A stretch of 64,000 nt of DNA from an uncultured Gammaproteobacteria bacterium (GCA_942491465.1 CALOBA010000038.1:66920-130919); one strand, 5' to 3'; positions 30,472 to 41,229 are shown, counted from the stretch's first letter. Made by a program: numbers and translations. Notes: generated by a model not told the origin, from the sequence alone.

Positions 30472-30636
30472 CTTAAGGCGATTTCTGTCAACTTTCATAC
30501 CATCTGACTTGTCTTGACACCCGCCTTCGGCGTCGGGCTGGCGGTCACATAGCTCGCTCAGCTCCCGCCTGCCCTCCTTGAAGGCGAACGTCAATCCTGC
30601 GTCATCTGGTACGAAAGTTTCCGGCAATCGCCTTAA
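30472..30636 (-). mobile_element. MITE-like element, family C
   Basis: Reverse-oriented homolog of 4531-4694 with the same inverted termini. Confidence 0.8.
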
Positions 30637-30682
30637 CTGCCTTTCAGCTTGAATTCATCCAGCCACCCTAGACTCCGGCAGG

Positions 30683-31942
30683 ATGATCCCTGTCCCCATT
30701 ACACGCCTGTTGCGCCCATGGGCACTGCCCTGCCTGTGCACCCTGATCGCCGTTGCCATGCCGGCATCCCCCGTCTCGGCTGCGTCCCTCGGCGAGACGG
30801 TCACGGCCGCGCTCACGCTGGGCGGTCAACAACAGCGCGTCGCGGCCCTGCGCGATGAGCGCAGTGCGGTGCGCGATCAGGCCGGCAGCCTGATCGCCGA
30901 AGACCCCGCGCTGCGCCTCAAGGTGCTGTCCGACCGCATGACCGAGAACGACGGCGCCTATGAGCTGGAGGCCATGGTGGACATGCCGTTGTGGATGCCC
31001 GGCCAGCGCAGCGCCCGCGTCGCGGTGGCGGAATCCTTGGGGCTGCGCGCGGACGCCCTGCAGCGCCTGCTGCGCTGGGAGGCCGCGGGAGAGGTGCGCG
31101 AGGCGGCCTGGGGGGCGGCGCTGGCCCATGGGCAGCTACGCCAGGCCGCGGCGGCCCTGCAGGCGGCCCGATCGCTGGAGGCCACCGTGGCCAAGCGCGC
31201 CGCCGCCGGCGAGCTGGCGCGCATGGAACTGCTGATGGCGCGCCAGGAGACGGCCGCCCGCAACGTGGATCTGTCCGCGGCGCAGCTCGGCTATGACCAG
31301 GCCATCGCCGCCTTCGTGCTGCTGACCGGCCAATCGCGGCTGCCGGAGCCCTTGCTCGAGGCCGTACCCGAGGCTAGGGCGGCCGGTACCACCGGCATGG
31401 CGCTGCCGCCGAACCATCCGTTGCTGGCCAGCGCGGACGGGGCCCTTGCCCAGGCCCGCGCCGAACGTGACCGGGCCGGGGCCGAGCGCCGCGGTCACCC
31501 ATTGTTGAGCCTGGGCGGCAAGCGCGCCCGCGATGACCGCAGCGTCGACCCGCTGGACGCCGTACAACTAGAGATCAGCCTCCCGTTCGGACTGAAACGC
31601 CAGGCGGCGCCCATGCTGGCCGGTGCCGAGCGCGAATACACCGATCGCATGACCGAATTGCACCAAGTTCGCCGCGGGGCCGAACGCGACCTGAAGGCCG
31701 CGGCATTGGCCCACCGCGGTGCCGGCGATGCCCTGGTTCTGGCACGGGAGCGGGCGCGGCTGGCGGGGGATGCGCTGGGCATCACGCGGCGCGCGTTCGA
31801 TCTCGGCGAGGCCGACCTGGCCGCATTGCTGCGCGCCGAAGAGCGTGCCCGCGATGCCCGCCTGGCCCTGGAGCTGCGCAGTCTTGAACGGGGCCGCGCC
31901 GTGGCCCGGCTCAATCAAGCCCTTGGAGTGGTACCCGAATGA
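30683..31942 (+). CDS. czcC: outer-membrane efflux protein (CzcC/TolC family)
   Basis: 419 aa. Signal peptide, then two Ala/Leu/Arg-rich coiled-coil repeats typical of OMFs. First gene of an OMF-MFP-RND operon with overlapping junctions. Confidence 0.8.
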   Translation: MIPVPITRLLRPWALPCLCTLIAVAMPASPVSAASLGETVTAALTLGGQQQRVAALRDERSAVRDQAGSLIAEDPALRLKVLSDRMTENDGAYELEAMVDMPLWMPGQRSARVAVAESLGLRADALQRLLRWEAAGEVREAAWGAALAHGQLRQAAAALQAARSLEATVAKRAAAGELARMELLMARQETAARNVDLSAAQLGYDQAIAAFVLLTGQSRLPEPLLEAVPEARAAGTTGMALPPNHPLLASADGALAQARAERDRAGAERRGHPLLSLGGKRARDDRSVDPLDAVQLEISLPFGLKRQAAPMLAGAEREYTDRMTELHQVRRGAERDLKAAALAHRGAGDALVLARERARLAGDALGITRRAFDLGEADLAALLRAEERARDARLALELRSLERGRAVARLNQALGVVPE

Positions 31943-33162
31943 CCGTCCGCCGCGATCACCTTGCCCTGGCCATGTCTCATCGTCCGTCCAGCCCCTATCC
32001 GTCCGCCCCGGGAAGCCGGGTCCGGCAGTTGCTTTGCGCGGCGCTGATCGCCTTTAGCGCGCCGCTCGCGCCGGCCGCGGAACCCGCGCTGGTGGCGATC
32101 ACCCCGGACCAGCAACGCGCATTTGGCGTCGAGCTGGCCGCACCGACGGCCGCGGAAGACACCCTGACCCGCCGCTATCCGGCCCAGGTCGCGGTGCCGA
32201 ATCCCCAATTGCGCGTGGTATCGACGCCCCAGGCCGGCGTGATCGAGGCGTTGCTGGTGGCCGAAGGTGAGCGCGTTGTGCCCGACCAGGTGCTGGCACG
32301 CCTGCGCAGCCCGGAGCTGGTAGACACGCAGAGCAATTACCTGGAGGCAGTCACGCGCCTGGCGCTGGCCGAGAGTCAGCTCGCCCGCGACCGCAAACTG
32401 CACAACGAGGGCGTTATCGCCCAACGTCGGCTGCTGGAGAGCCAGGCCAGCCAGCGGGAACTGGCGACCATGGTCGACCAGCGCCGCCAGCTGCTGCAAC
32501 TGTCTGGCTTCTCGCCGGCCGACATCGACGCCCTGACCCAGAGCCGACAGCTCTCGAGCAGCCTGCCGGTGCACACCCCCATCGGCGGCGTGGTGCTGGA
32601 GCAGATGGTCAGCACCGGCCAATCGGTGGCCGCCGCCTCACCGCTGTACCGGGTCGCGGAGCTGAAGCCGCTGTGGGTGGAGGTGCATGTGCCGGTGGAG
32701 GGCCTCGGGGGCCTGCGGCTGGGGGCGACGGTGGTGCTGCCGGCGCTCGGCATCGCGGGCCAGATCATCACCATCGGGCGCATGGTGCATGCCGAGGATC
32801 AGGGCGTGCTGGTGCGTGCCGAGATCCAGGTCGGCACCGAGAAGCTGCGTCCGGGCCAGTTTGTCGAGGTGCAGCTGAGCGCGGCGCCGACGGAAGGCGG
32901 CAGCTGGCGGGTGCCCTCTGCGGCGGTGGTGCGCTACGCCGGCAGCGCCTATGTCTTCGCGGCCCGTAACAAAGGCTTTGCCGCGCTGCCGGTCGAGGTG
33001 CTGGTGGAGGAAGACCGCACCGCGGTCATCGGCGGTAATCTCACCCGGTCGGACCGGGTCGCGATCAGCGGCGTGGTGGCGCTGAAGGCGGCCTGGCTGG
33101 CCGGGGCGGATGCCGGTGCCGATGCTGATTCTGGCGCCGGCTCCGAAGGCGGCGCCAACTGA
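31939..33162 (+). CDS. czcB: heavy-metal efflux RND adaptor subunit (CzcB/CusB family)
   Basis: ATGA overlap with czcC. AQVAVPNPQLRVVSTPQAGVIEALLVAEGERVVPDQVLARL lipoyl-like segment, helical hairpin and beta-barrel region. Confidence 0.85.
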   Translation: MTVRRDHLALAMSHRPSSPYPSAPGSRVRQLLCAALIAFSAPLAPAAEPALVAITPDQQRAFGVELAAPTAAEDTLTRRYPAQVAVPNPQLRVVSTPQAGVIEALLVAEGERVVPDQVLARLRSPELVDTQSNYLEAVTRLALAESQLARDRKLHNEGVIAQRRLLESQASQRELATMVDQRRQLLQLSGFSPADIDALTQSRQLSSSLPVHTPIGGVVLEQMVSTGQSVAAASPLYRVAELKPLWVEVHVPVEGLGGLRLGATVVLPALGIAGQIITIGRMVHAEDQGVLVRAEIQVGTEKLRPGQFVEVQLSAAPTEGGSWRVPSAAVVRYAGSAYVFAARNKGFAALPVEVLVEEDRTAVIGGNLTRSDRVAISGVVALKAAWLAGADAGADADSGAGSEGGAN

Positions 33163-36100
33163 TGCTCGCGCGACTGATCCAATTCTCGCTGACGCAGCGG
33201 CTGCTGATGCTGCTGCTGATGCTGTTGTTGGTCGGCGGCGGCTGGCAGGCCTTGAAGACCACGCCCATCGACGCCTTTCCCGATGTCTCCACCACCCAGG
33301 TCAAGATCATCGTCAAGGCGGCGGGCATGACGCCCGAGGAGGTCGAATCGCGCATCACCAGCCTGATCGAGGTGGAGATGCTCGGCATCCCGCGCCAGAC
33401 CATGCTGCGTTCCATCGCCAAGTACGCGCTCACCGACATCACCGTCGACTTCGCCGAGGGCACCGACATCTACTGGGCGCGCCAGCAGGTGGCCGAGCGC
33501 CTGGCCGCGATCTGGGGCGACCTGCCCGCCGGCATCGAGGGCGGCATCGCGCCGATGACCACGCCGCTGGGCGAGATGTTCATGTTCAGTATCGAGGGCG
33601 GGGGCCTAGACCTCTACGAGAAGCGGGATCTGCTCGATTGGACCATCCGCCCTGCCCTGCGCTCGGTGCCCGGTGTCGCCGACGTGAATTCCTTGGGCGG
33701 CCTGGTCACCACCTTTGAGGTGGTCCCGGACAATGGCCGCATGGCCGCCAACGGCATCCAGCTCAGCGACCTGCAGGACGCCATCGCCGCCAACAACGGC
33801 AACGACGGGGCCGGTCGCTTGGACGAGGGCGAGGAGGCGCTGTTGGTGCGAAGCCAGGGCGCCATTGCCACCCTCGATGACCTGGCCGCCGTCGTCGTCG
33901 GCGGCAATGCGCAGCAGCCGGTGCGGGTCGCCGATATCGCCGAGGTGCGCCTGTCGGCGCTGACCCGCTATGGCGCCGTCACCCGCAACGGCGAGGGCGA
34001 GGCGGTGGAGGGCCTGGTGCTCGGGCTGCGCGGCGCCAATGCCCGCGCCGTAGTCCAGGGCGTACAGGCCAAGCTCGACGAGATCTCCATCGGTCTGCCG
34101 GACGGCGTCACCATCGATGTGTTCTACGACCGCGGCGTGCTGGTGAACAAGGCCGTGCACACCGTGGTGAAGGCCCTGATCGAGGCCGTGGTGCTGGTGC
34201 TGGTGCTGCTGGTGCTGTTCCTGGGCGACCTGCGCGCGGCGCTGACCGTGGCGCTGATCCTGCCGCTGTCGGCGCTGGCCACCTTCATCCTGATGCGTCA
34301 GTTCAACCTGACGGCGAATCTGATGTCCCTGGGCGGCCTGGCCATCGCCATCGGCATGTTGGTGGACGCGGCGGTGGTGGTGGTGGAGAACATCGTCACC
34401 CAGCTCGCGCACGCCGGCAGCAAGGGGCGGCTGCCGCGGCTGCATCTGATCTATCGCGCCACCCGCGAGGTGGCGGTGCCGGTGTCCTCGGGCATCCTGA
34501 TCATCATCATCGTGTTCCTGCCGCTGCTGACCTTGCAGGGGCTGGAGGGCAAGCTGTTCGTGCCGGTGGCACTGACCATCGTGTTTGCGCTGGCCAGTTC
34601 GCTGCTGTTGTCGCTGACCATCATCCCGGTGTTGAGTTCGTTCCTGTTGGGCAAGGTCTCCCACGAGGAGCCCTGGGTGGTGCGGCAACTGCTGCGTGTC
34701 TACGGCCCGGTGCTGGGTTGGGGCCTGCGCAACCAGTGGATCGTCATCGTTCTGGCCCTGGCCCTATTGGTGGGCGCCGGTGCGCTGTATACCCGCATCG
34801 GCAAGGCGTTCATGCCGAGCCTGGACGAGGGCGACCTGATCGTGCAATTGGAGAAGCTGCCGTCCATCAACCTGGCCGAGTCGCTGGCCATCGACCTCCG
34901 CGTGCAGCGCGCCATCCTGGACGAGGTGCCGGAGGTTACGTCCATCATCGCCCGCACCGGCTCCGACGAGCTGGGCCTCGACCCGATGGGCCTGAACCAG
35001 ACCGACAGCTTCCTGGTGCTGGCTCCCATGGAGGAATGGCGCTTCGACACCAAGGACGACCTGATGGAGGCGATCCGCGTCGTGCTGGAGCGCTTCCCCG
35101 GCGTCGACTATGCCTTCACCCAGCCCATCGAGATGCGCGTCTCGGAGATGCTGACCGGCGTGCGCGGGGATCTGGCGGTGAAGATCTTCGGCAACGAACA
35201 AGACCAACTCAACCGCATCGCCGAGGCAATTGTCGGCGTGCTCGAGGGCATCACCGGCTCGCAGGACGTCTATACCCCCCGCAATGACGGCGCACAGTAC
35301 CTGAACCTGACGGTGGACCGGCTGGAGGCGGGTCGGCTCGGCATCGATGCCGATGCCCTCGCGGCGGTGCTGCGTGCCCAGGTGGAGGGGCTGCGGATCG
35401 GCACCGTCTACCGCGAGGGCAAGCGCCTACCGCTGGTGGTGCGTGGGCCGGAGGCCTTGCGCACCTCGCCGTCGCGCTTCAGCGGGCTGCAGCTCGCGCT
35501 GCCGGACGGGCGCTCGGTGCCGCTGGCCAATCTGGTGCAGATGGAACGCATCGAAGGCCCGGTGGCGCTCTCGCGTGAGCGCGGCAACCGCATGGCCGTG
35601 GCCATCGCCAACGTCGACGGCCGCGACCTGGTGGGCTTTGTCGAGGAGGCACGCGCGGCGGTCACCGAGCAGGTCGACATGCCCACCGGCTACTGGCTGG
35701 AATGGGGCGGCGAGTTCGAGAATCAGCAGCGCGCCGCCGCACGCCTGGCGCTGGTGGTGCCGGTGGCCGTGGGGCTGATCTTTCTGGTGCTGTTCTCCAC
35801 CTTCCGCTCCGTCAGTCAGGCGGCATTGGTGCTGGCCAACGTCCCCTTCGCCCTGATCGGCGGCATCGTCGGCTTGGCCATCACCGGGGAATACCTGTCG
35901 GTGCCCGCCTCGGTGGGCTTCATCGCCCTGCTCGGCATCGCGGTGCTGAACGGCGTGGTCATGGTCACCTGGTTCAATCAGCTCAAGGCCCTGGGCCGGC
36001 CCATGGCCGAGGTGGTCATGGAGGGCGCCAAGCGCCGACTGCGACCGGTGCTGATGACCGCCAACATCGCCGCCTTCGGTCTGGTGCCGCTGCTGTTCGC

Positions 36101-36218
36101 CACCGGCCCCGGCTCCGAGATCCAGCGCCCGCTGGCCATCGTGGTCATCGGCGGCCTGCTGTCCTCCACCGCACTGACGCTGATCCTGCTGCCGATCCTG
36201 TATCGGCGCTTTGGATGA
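33162..36218 (+). CDS. czcA: CusA/CzcA-family heavy-metal efflux RND permease
   Basis: 1018 aa. MLARLIQFSLTQRLLMLLLMLLLVGGG...IDAFPDVSTTQVKIIVKAAGMTPEEVE N-terminus typical of HME-RND pumps. Start overlaps the czcB stop. Confidence 0.95.
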   Translation: MLARLIQFSLTQRLLMLLLMLLLVGGGWQALKTTPIDAFPDVSTTQVKIIVKAAGMTPEEVESRITSLIEVEMLGIPRQTMLRSIAKYALTDITVDFAEGTDIYWARQQVAERLAAIWGDLPAGIEGGIAPMTTPLGEMFMFSIEGGGLDLYEKRDLLDWTIRPALRSVPGVADVNSLGGLVTTFEVVPDNGRMAANGIQLSDLQDAIAANNGNDGAGRLDEGEEALLVRSQGAIATLDDLAAVVVGGNAQQPVRVADIAEVRLSALTRYGAVTRNGEGEAVEGLVLGLRGANARAVVQGVQAKLDEISIGLPDGVTIDVFYDRGVLVNKAVHTVVKALIEAVVLVLVLLVLFLGDLRAALTVALILPLSALATFILMRQFNLTANLMSLGGLAIAIGMLVDAAVVVVENIVTQLAHAGSKGRLPRLHLIYRATREVAVPVSSGILIIIIVFLPLLTLQGLEGKLFVPVALTIVFALASSLLLSLTIIPVLSSFLLGKVSHEEPWVVRQLLRVYGPVLGWGLRNQWIVIVLALALLVGAGALYTRIGKAFMPSLDEGDLIVQLEKLPSINLAESLAIDLRVQRAILDEVPEVTSIIARTGSDELGLDPMGLNQTDSFLVLAPMEEWRFDTKDDLMEAIRVVLERFPGVDYAFTQPIEMRVSEMLTGVRGDLAVKIFGNEQDQLNRIAEAIVGVLEGITGSQDVYTPRNDGAQYLNLTVDRLEAGRLGIDADALAAVLRAQVEGLRIGTVYREGKRLPLVVRGPEALRTSPSRFSGLQLALPDGRSVPLANLVQMERIEGPVALSRERGNRMAVAIANVDGRDLVGFVEEARAAVTEQVDMPTGYWLEWGGEFENQQRAAARLALVVPVAVGLIFLVLFSTFRSVSQAALVLANVPFALIGGIVGLAITGEYLSVPASVGFIALLGIAVLNGVVMVTWFNQLKALGRPMAEVVMEGAKRRLRPVLMTANIAAFGLVPLLFATGPGSEIQRPLAIVVIGGLLSSTALTLILLPILYRRFG

Positions 36219-36268
36219 TCATGGACGACGCGGCAGAAGCAAGGTGAAATTTACCGCGGACATAAGAC

Positions 36269-36356
36269 GAACTACGAAACACGCGGAATACGCGAAAAAA
36301 GAAAAATTCTATTTCCGAATCAAAATTTTTCGCGATTTTCGCCTGTTTCGTAGTTC
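36269..36356. repeat. AT-rich 88-bp palindrome (31-bp imperfect arms)
   Basis: GAACTACGAAACACGCGGAATACGCGAAAAA - 26 nt - TTTTTCGCGATTTTCGCCTGTTTCGTAGTTC. The outer 13 bp are perfectly complementary. Confidence 0.85.
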
Positions 36357-36418
36357 AAGAATCGTTGTCCCGCTTGTTGTTGGATCTTGCCTACGAAAGC
36401 TTAAGCTGAGACAGGACC

Positions 36419-36721
36419 ATGGCTAACTGCCTGCTGAATCTGATCGTCACCCCCCAGGTCGAGGATGCCCTGGCCGAATGGTTGCTGGAGCGCGACGACG
36501 TCCCCGGCTTCTCCAGCATGCCCGTCGCCGGGCATGGCTCATCGGAGAACTCCATGACCCTGGCCGAACAGGTCGCCGGCCGCAGCCGCCGCGTGATGTT
36601 CGTCACCCATGTGCCATCGGACACGGCCAAGGCCCTGCTCGACGATCTGCGCGCCGCGTTCGCCGGCAGCGGGCTACATTATTGGGTGGTACCGATCTCG
36701 GACTTTGGGCGGCTCGACTGA
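36419..36721 (+). CDS. DUF3240-like small protein commonly found downstream of czcCBA
   Basis: 100 aa. LLNLIVTPQVEDALAEWLLERDDVPGFSSMPVAGHGSS...HYWVVPI pattern and position after czcA. Family name is from memory. Confidence 0.65.
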   Translation: MANCLLNLIVTPQVEDALAEWLLERDDVPGFSSMPVAGHGSSENSMTLAEQVAGRSRRVMFVTHVPSDTAKALLDDLRAAFAGSGLHYWVVPISDFGRLD

Positions 36722-36751
36722 GCCGGTTCGGTTTCGGCCTGCGGGGGGCGG

Positions 36752-37366
36752 TTACAGATAGAGCAGAATCGCGAAATAGTGGCTGACGCTTCCGCCTAGC
36801 ACGAACAGATGCCAGACGCCGTGGCACCAGGGCCGGGCGTCACTCAGCGCGTAGAAGATCACGCCGAAGCTGTACAAGAGGCCACCCCCCAACAGCAGTC
36901 GAAAGCCGGTTGGCGGCAAGGCGGCAATGATGGGATCGAGGGCGAACACGATCAGCCAACCCATGGTCAAGTAGATGATCGCCGACAGGACGCCCCCACC
37001 CTTGCCGCGCAGCGTATCGATGGCGATACCCAGCACGGCCAGCCCCCAGATCGCGCCAAACAACCACCAGCCGATCGGGCCGCGGAGGGCCACCAGGCAG
37101 AAGGGCGTATAGGAGCCTGCGATCAATAGGTAGATCGCGTAGTGATCCAACACCTGGAACACCCGTTTCGCCCGCCCGCGCAGGCTGTGGTACAGCGTCG
37201 AGACGAGATACAGCAGGACCAGGGTGAGCCCGTAGACACTGAAGCTCAGGATGCGCATCGCCCCGCCGTGAACGCCCGCAAGGGACACCAGCACAGCGGT
37301 CCCGCTCAGTGCCAGCACTGCGCCGACCAGATGGGTAATACTGTTGAAGCGCTCACCTTCGTACAT
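36752..37366 (-). CDS. hemolysin III / PAQR family channel protein
   Basis: 204 aa, 7 TM. ERFNSITHLVG..., DHYAIYLLIAGSYTPF and HLFVLGGSVSHYFAIL motifs. Confidence 0.9.
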   Translation of the reverse strand: MYEGERFNSITHLVGAVLALSGTAVLVSLAGVHGGAMRILSFSVYGLTLVLLYLVSTLYHSLRGRAKRVFQVLDHYAIYLLIAGSYTPFCLVALRGPIGWWLFGAIWGLAVLGIAIDTLRGKGGGVLSAIIYLTMGWLIVFALDPIIAALPPTGFRLLLGGGLLYSFGVIFYALSDARPWCHGVWHLFVLGGSVSHYFAILLYL

Positions 37367-37461
37367 CTTGTCTGGACCCTTGCGTTCGGTGGTATTTCGC
37401 CCCTTGCCCGGGAAACCTTGAACAAATCATCGAAGACATTTCGATAGCGCTTTCCTTGGCT

Positions 37462-37616
37462 CTAGTGCTTTGCCGCGAAAATTCCGAGACCGCCCGCAGC
37501 TGTGGGAGCGATTTGCAATCGCGACCGCCGCGACGCGGATGTCGCGACTGCAAGTCGCTCCCACAGCACCGAGTGGGCATGCCGGCGGTCTTGGGACTTC
37601 CGCAGCGGTGCACTAG
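37462..37616 (+). mobile_element. MITE-like palindromic element, family A
   Basis: CTAG-bounded 155-bp copy, near-identical to 27496-27650. Confidence 0.85.
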
Positions 37617-37763
<147 letters not shown>

Positions 37764-37805
37764 CACTGCCCTTGAGCAGGCCCTTTGGTGCCGGTCGCGC
37801 CGGGG

Positions 37806-38711
37806 TCAGCCCTTTCCGCGTGTCCGCGTGTTGCCGGCGGCCGCGCGTTTCTCGATGAATTCGATCACCAGGCCGGCGATATCCTTGCCCGTCGAACCTT
37901 CGATGCCTTCCAGCCCCGGTGAGGAGTTCACCTCCATGACGACCGGTCCATGGTTGGAACGCAGCAGGTCGACGCCGGCGACGTTGAGCCCCATGGTCTG
38001 GGCGGCGCGCACGGCGGTGGAGCGCTCCTCCGGCGTGATGCGGACCACCGTCGCGCTACCGCCACGGTGCAGATTGGAGCGGAACTCACCTTCCTTACCC
38101 TGGCGCTTCATCGTCGCCACCACCTTGTCGCCGACCACGAAGCAGCGCAGGTCGGCGCCACCGGCCTCTTTGATGAATTCCTGCACCAGGATATTCACGT
38201 TCAGGCCCATGAATGCCTCGATAACGCTCTCGGCGGCCTGTTGCGTCTCCGCCAGCACGACGCCGATGCCCTGGGTACCCTCGAGCAGCTTGATCACCAG
38301 CGGGGCACCGCCGACCATCTTGATCAGGTCTGGAATGTCGTCCGGTTTGTTGGCGAAGCCGGTCACAGGCAGCCCGATGCCCTTGCGCGAGAGCAATTGC
38401 AGCGAGCGCAGTTTGTCCCGGGAGCGGGTCACTGCAACCGATTCGTTGAGAGGGAACACCCCCATCATTTCGAACTGCCGCAACACCGCGGTGCCGTAGA
38501 AGGTCACCGATGCGCCGATGCGTGGGATGACCGCGTCGAACCCCTCAAGCTGCTCGCCGCGGTAGTGGATCTGTGGGCGCATCGACGTGATGTTCATGTA
38601 ACAGCGAAGCACGTCCAAGATCCGCACCTCATGTCCTTTCGCCGTAGCGGCCTCGGCGAGGCGGCGGGTTGAATACAGTTTCGGGTTTCTAGATAGGATC
38701 GCGATCTTCAT
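37806..38711 (-). CDS. rimK: ribosomal protein S6 L-glutamate ligase
   Basis: 301 aa. [18 protein letters not shown]..., ATP-grasp motifs and strong overall resemblance to RimK. Confidence 0.95.
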   Translation of the reverse strand: MKIAILSRNPKLYSTRRLAEAATAKGHEVRILDVLRCYMNITSMRPQIHYRGEQLEGFDAVIPRIGASVTFYGTAVLRQFEMMGVFPLNESVAVTRSRDKLRSLQLLSRKGIGLPVTGFANKPDDIPDLIKMVGGAPLVIKLLEGTQGIGVVLAETQQAAESVIEAFMGLNVNILVQEFIKEAGGADLRCFVVGDKVVATMKRQGKEGEFRSNLHRGGSATVVRITPEERSTAVRAAQTMGLNVAGVDLLRSNHGPVVMEVNSSPGLEGIEGSTGKDIAGLVIEFIEKRAAAGNTRTRGKG

Positions 38712-38772
38712 GAATAACCTGGGTTCTCGGTGGCCTTGATCATGGTTCCGCCCAACACCGGTTGAACGACAC

Positions 38773-38810
38773 CTAAGTCAAGGTCCAGAAACAAGTGGTG
38801 CAAGCCAACC
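38773..38810 (+). mobile_element. solo end of a family-B MITE
   Basis: CTAAGTCAAGGTCCAGAAACAAGTGGTGCAAGCC matches only the left terminus of family B. Confidence 0.6.
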
Positions 38811-38947
38811 TTAAAGTAGGAAGCGCGCCGGGAGACGGCCATGGGTGACTGTAGACGAGATGCCTGCGCCTTGCCAGCGCCGTTCGTGCCGCTGCGGAAT
38901 TCGGCGCCGAGCGGTCAGGCGTCGCGGCTTCGCGTAAAACACGCGGG

Positions 38948-40273
38948 CTAACGCTCAAACACCGCCATCGACTCGACATGGGCGGTATGCGGGAACATGT
39001 CCATGGCGCCGGCGGCGGTCAGGCGGAAGCCCAGGCCGTGGACCAGGCGCTCGGCGTCACGGGCCAGTGTGGAGGGATAGCAGGAGACGTAGACCAAGCG
39101 GCGCACCCCGGCCTCGGCGATCAGGTCGAGCACCTCCAAGGCGCCGCTGCGGGGCGGGTCGAGCAAGGCCTTGTGGAAGGTCTGGCGGCGCCAGGGGGCG
39201 AGCTCGATGTCGCCGTAGAGGTCGGCGCGGTGAAATTCGGCGTTGCTGATGGCGTTGCGCTCGGCGTTGCGGGCCGCGCGGGCGACCAGGCCGTCGTCGC
39301 CCTCGACGCCGACCACCCGTGCCGCCCGGCGCGCGATGGGCAGCGTGAAGTTGCCGAGCCCGCAGAACAGGTCCAGTACCTGCTCGTCGGGCTGCACGTC
39401 GAGCAGTTCCAGGGCCTGGTCGACCATCAGCCGGTTCAGCTCCAGATTGACCTGGGTGAAGTCGGTGGGCTCGAAGGCGATGCGCACGTCGTGCCGCGGC
39501 AGGCTGTAGTCCAGGTCGATGCCCTGGCCCGGCAGCGGCCGAACGGTCTCCACGCCGCCCTCCTGCAGATAGACATGAAAGCCGGTCTCGGCGGCAAACT
39601 CCACCAGTAGGGCCAGGTCGGCCTCGGTGGGCGGGTCGAGCACCCGCAGGATCAGCACCACCGGTCCATCGCCCTGGGCGACCTCGATCTGCGGCAGCCG
39701 GTCGCAGATGCTCAACTGGCCGATCAGCGCCGACAGCGCCTCCAGGCGTTCGCCGACCGCGGGCGTGAGCACGTCACAGCGGGTCATGTCGGCGATGAAC
39801 GCGGAGCCGCGCTCGCGAAAGCCCACCAACACCCGCCCCTTCTTGGGCACATGGCGCACGCCGAGCCGGGCCTTGCGCCGGTAGCCCCAGTGTTCCGCCG
39901 CCAGCGGCGCCAGCCAGCGCTCGGGCTCGACCTTGCCGATGCGCCCGAGCACGTCGCCCAGGGTCTGCTGCTTCATCTCGACCTGAGCGGCGGCATCGAG
40001 GTGTTGCAGGCTGCACCCGCCGCAGGTGCCGAAGACCGCACATCGGGGTGCGACCCGGCCGGCGGCCGGCGTCAGCACCGACTCGACGACGGCCTCGTCG
40101 AAGCGCCGCTGGACCTTGGTGTAGCGCATGGATACGCGCTCGCCGGGCAGGGCTCCGAAGACAAAGACGGTCTTGCCGTCCACATGGGTCAGCCCACGGC
40201 CGTCGTGGCTCAGGCCCTCGATCTCCACCTCCACCGGCTCCGCCGGGAGGGGCTTGCGCTTCTTCTTTCCCAA
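38948..40273 (-). CDS. rlmD: 23S rRNA (uracil-C5)-methyltransferase RlmD
   Basis: 441 aa. TRAM domain, Cys cluster (CAVFGTCGGCSLQH), SAM-binding DLFCGLGNFTLP, and DPPRSG...VYVSCYPSTLARD. Confidence 0.9.
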   Translation of the reverse strand: MGKKKRKPLPAEPVEVEIEGLSHDGRGLTHVDGKTVFVFGALPGERVSMRYTKVQRRFDEAVVESVLTPAAGRVAPRCAVFGTCGGCSLQHLDAAAQVEMKQQTLGDVLGRIGKVEPERWLAPLAAEHWGYRRKARLGVRHVPKKGRVLVGFRERGSAFIADMTRCDVLTPAVGERLEALSALIGQLSICDRLPQIEVAQGDGPVVLILRVLDPPTEADLALLVEFAAETGFHVYLQEGGVETVRPLPGQGIDLDYSLPRHDVRIAFEPTDFTQVNLELNRLMVDQALELLDVQPDEQVLDLFCGLGNFTLPIARRAARVVGVEGDDGLVARAARNAERNAISNAEFHRADLYGDIELAPWRRQTFHKALLDPPRSGALEVLDLIAEAGVRRLVYVSCYPSTLARDAERLVHGLGFRLTAAGAMDMFPHTAHVESMAVFER

Positions 40274-40326
40274 GGACTGCTCCTGTTGACCAAAATTCCG
40301 AAGTCTTCAGCGACGGATGCTGCACG

Positions 40327-41229
40327 TCAAGCCGGGAACACCCCGGTGGACAGATAACGGTCGCCGCGATCGCAGATGATGACAACGATGACGGCGTCGG
40401 GCATGCGCTCGTCGACCTCGCGGGCCAGCCTCAGGGCCGCGGCCACGGCGCCGCCGGAGGAGATGCCGGCGAAGATGCCCTCGCGGGTCGCCAGGGCGCG
40501 GGTGGTCTCCTCGGCCTCGGCCTGGGAGACGTCGATGATCCGATCCACGCGACTGGCGTCGTAGATCTTGGGCAGATACGCCTCCGGCCAGCGACGGATG
40601 CCGGGGATGCTCGAGCCCTCCTCCGGCTGCACGCCGACGATCTGCACCGCCGGGCTCTGTTCCTTCAGATAGCGGCTGGTGCCCATGATGGTGCCGGTGG
40701 TGCCCATGGCGCTGACGAAGTGGGTCACGCGCCCGTCGGTGTCGCGCCAGATCTCCGGGCCGGTGGACTCGACATGGGCCTCGGGGTTGTCCGGGTTCGA
40801 GAACTGGTCCAGGCGCAGCCCCTCGCCGGCTGCCTCCAGCTCGCGGGCCAGATCGATGGCCGCCTCCATGCTGCCCTCGCGCGGGGTCAGCCGGATCTCG
40901 GCGCCGTAGGCGGCCATGGCCTGGCGGCGCTCGATACTCATGTTCTCGGGCATGATCAGCAGCATCCGATAGCCCTTGATGGCCGCGGCCATGGCCAGCG
41001 CGATGCCGGTATTGCCGCTGGTGGCCTCGATCAGGGTATCGCCGGGGCGGATGGCACCCCGCGCCTCGGCCCGCCGGATCATGCTCAACGCCGCCCGGTC
41101 CTTCACCGAGCCCGCCGGGTTGTTGCCCTCCAGCTTGGCCAGTACGGTCACCTTCAAGTCGCCGGTGAGCCGTTGCAGCCGCACCAGCGGCGTGTTGCCC
41201 ACCAGGGATTCAATCGTCGAAAACGCCAT
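40327..41229 (-). CDS. cysM: cysteine synthase B (PLP-dependent)
   Basis: Start MAFSTIESLVGNTPLVRL (ATG 41229). KLEGNNPAGSVKDRAA (PLP lysine), SGNTGIALA and GTTGTIMG motifs. Confidence 0.9.
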   Translation of the reverse strand: MAFSTIESLVGNTPLVRLQRLTGDLKVTVLAKLEGNNPAGSVKDRAALSMIRRAEARGAIRPGDTLIEATSGNTGIALAMAAAIKGYRMLLIMPENMSIERRQAMAAYGAEIRLTPREGSMEAAIDLARELEAAGEGLRLDQFSNPDNPEAHVESTGPEIWRDTDGRVTHFVSAMGTTGTIMGTSRYLKEQSPAVQIVGVQPEEGSSIPGIRRWPEAYLPKIYDASRVDRIIDVSQAEAEETTRALATREGIFAGISSGGAVAAALRLAREVDERMPDAVIVVIICDRGDRYLSTGVFPA

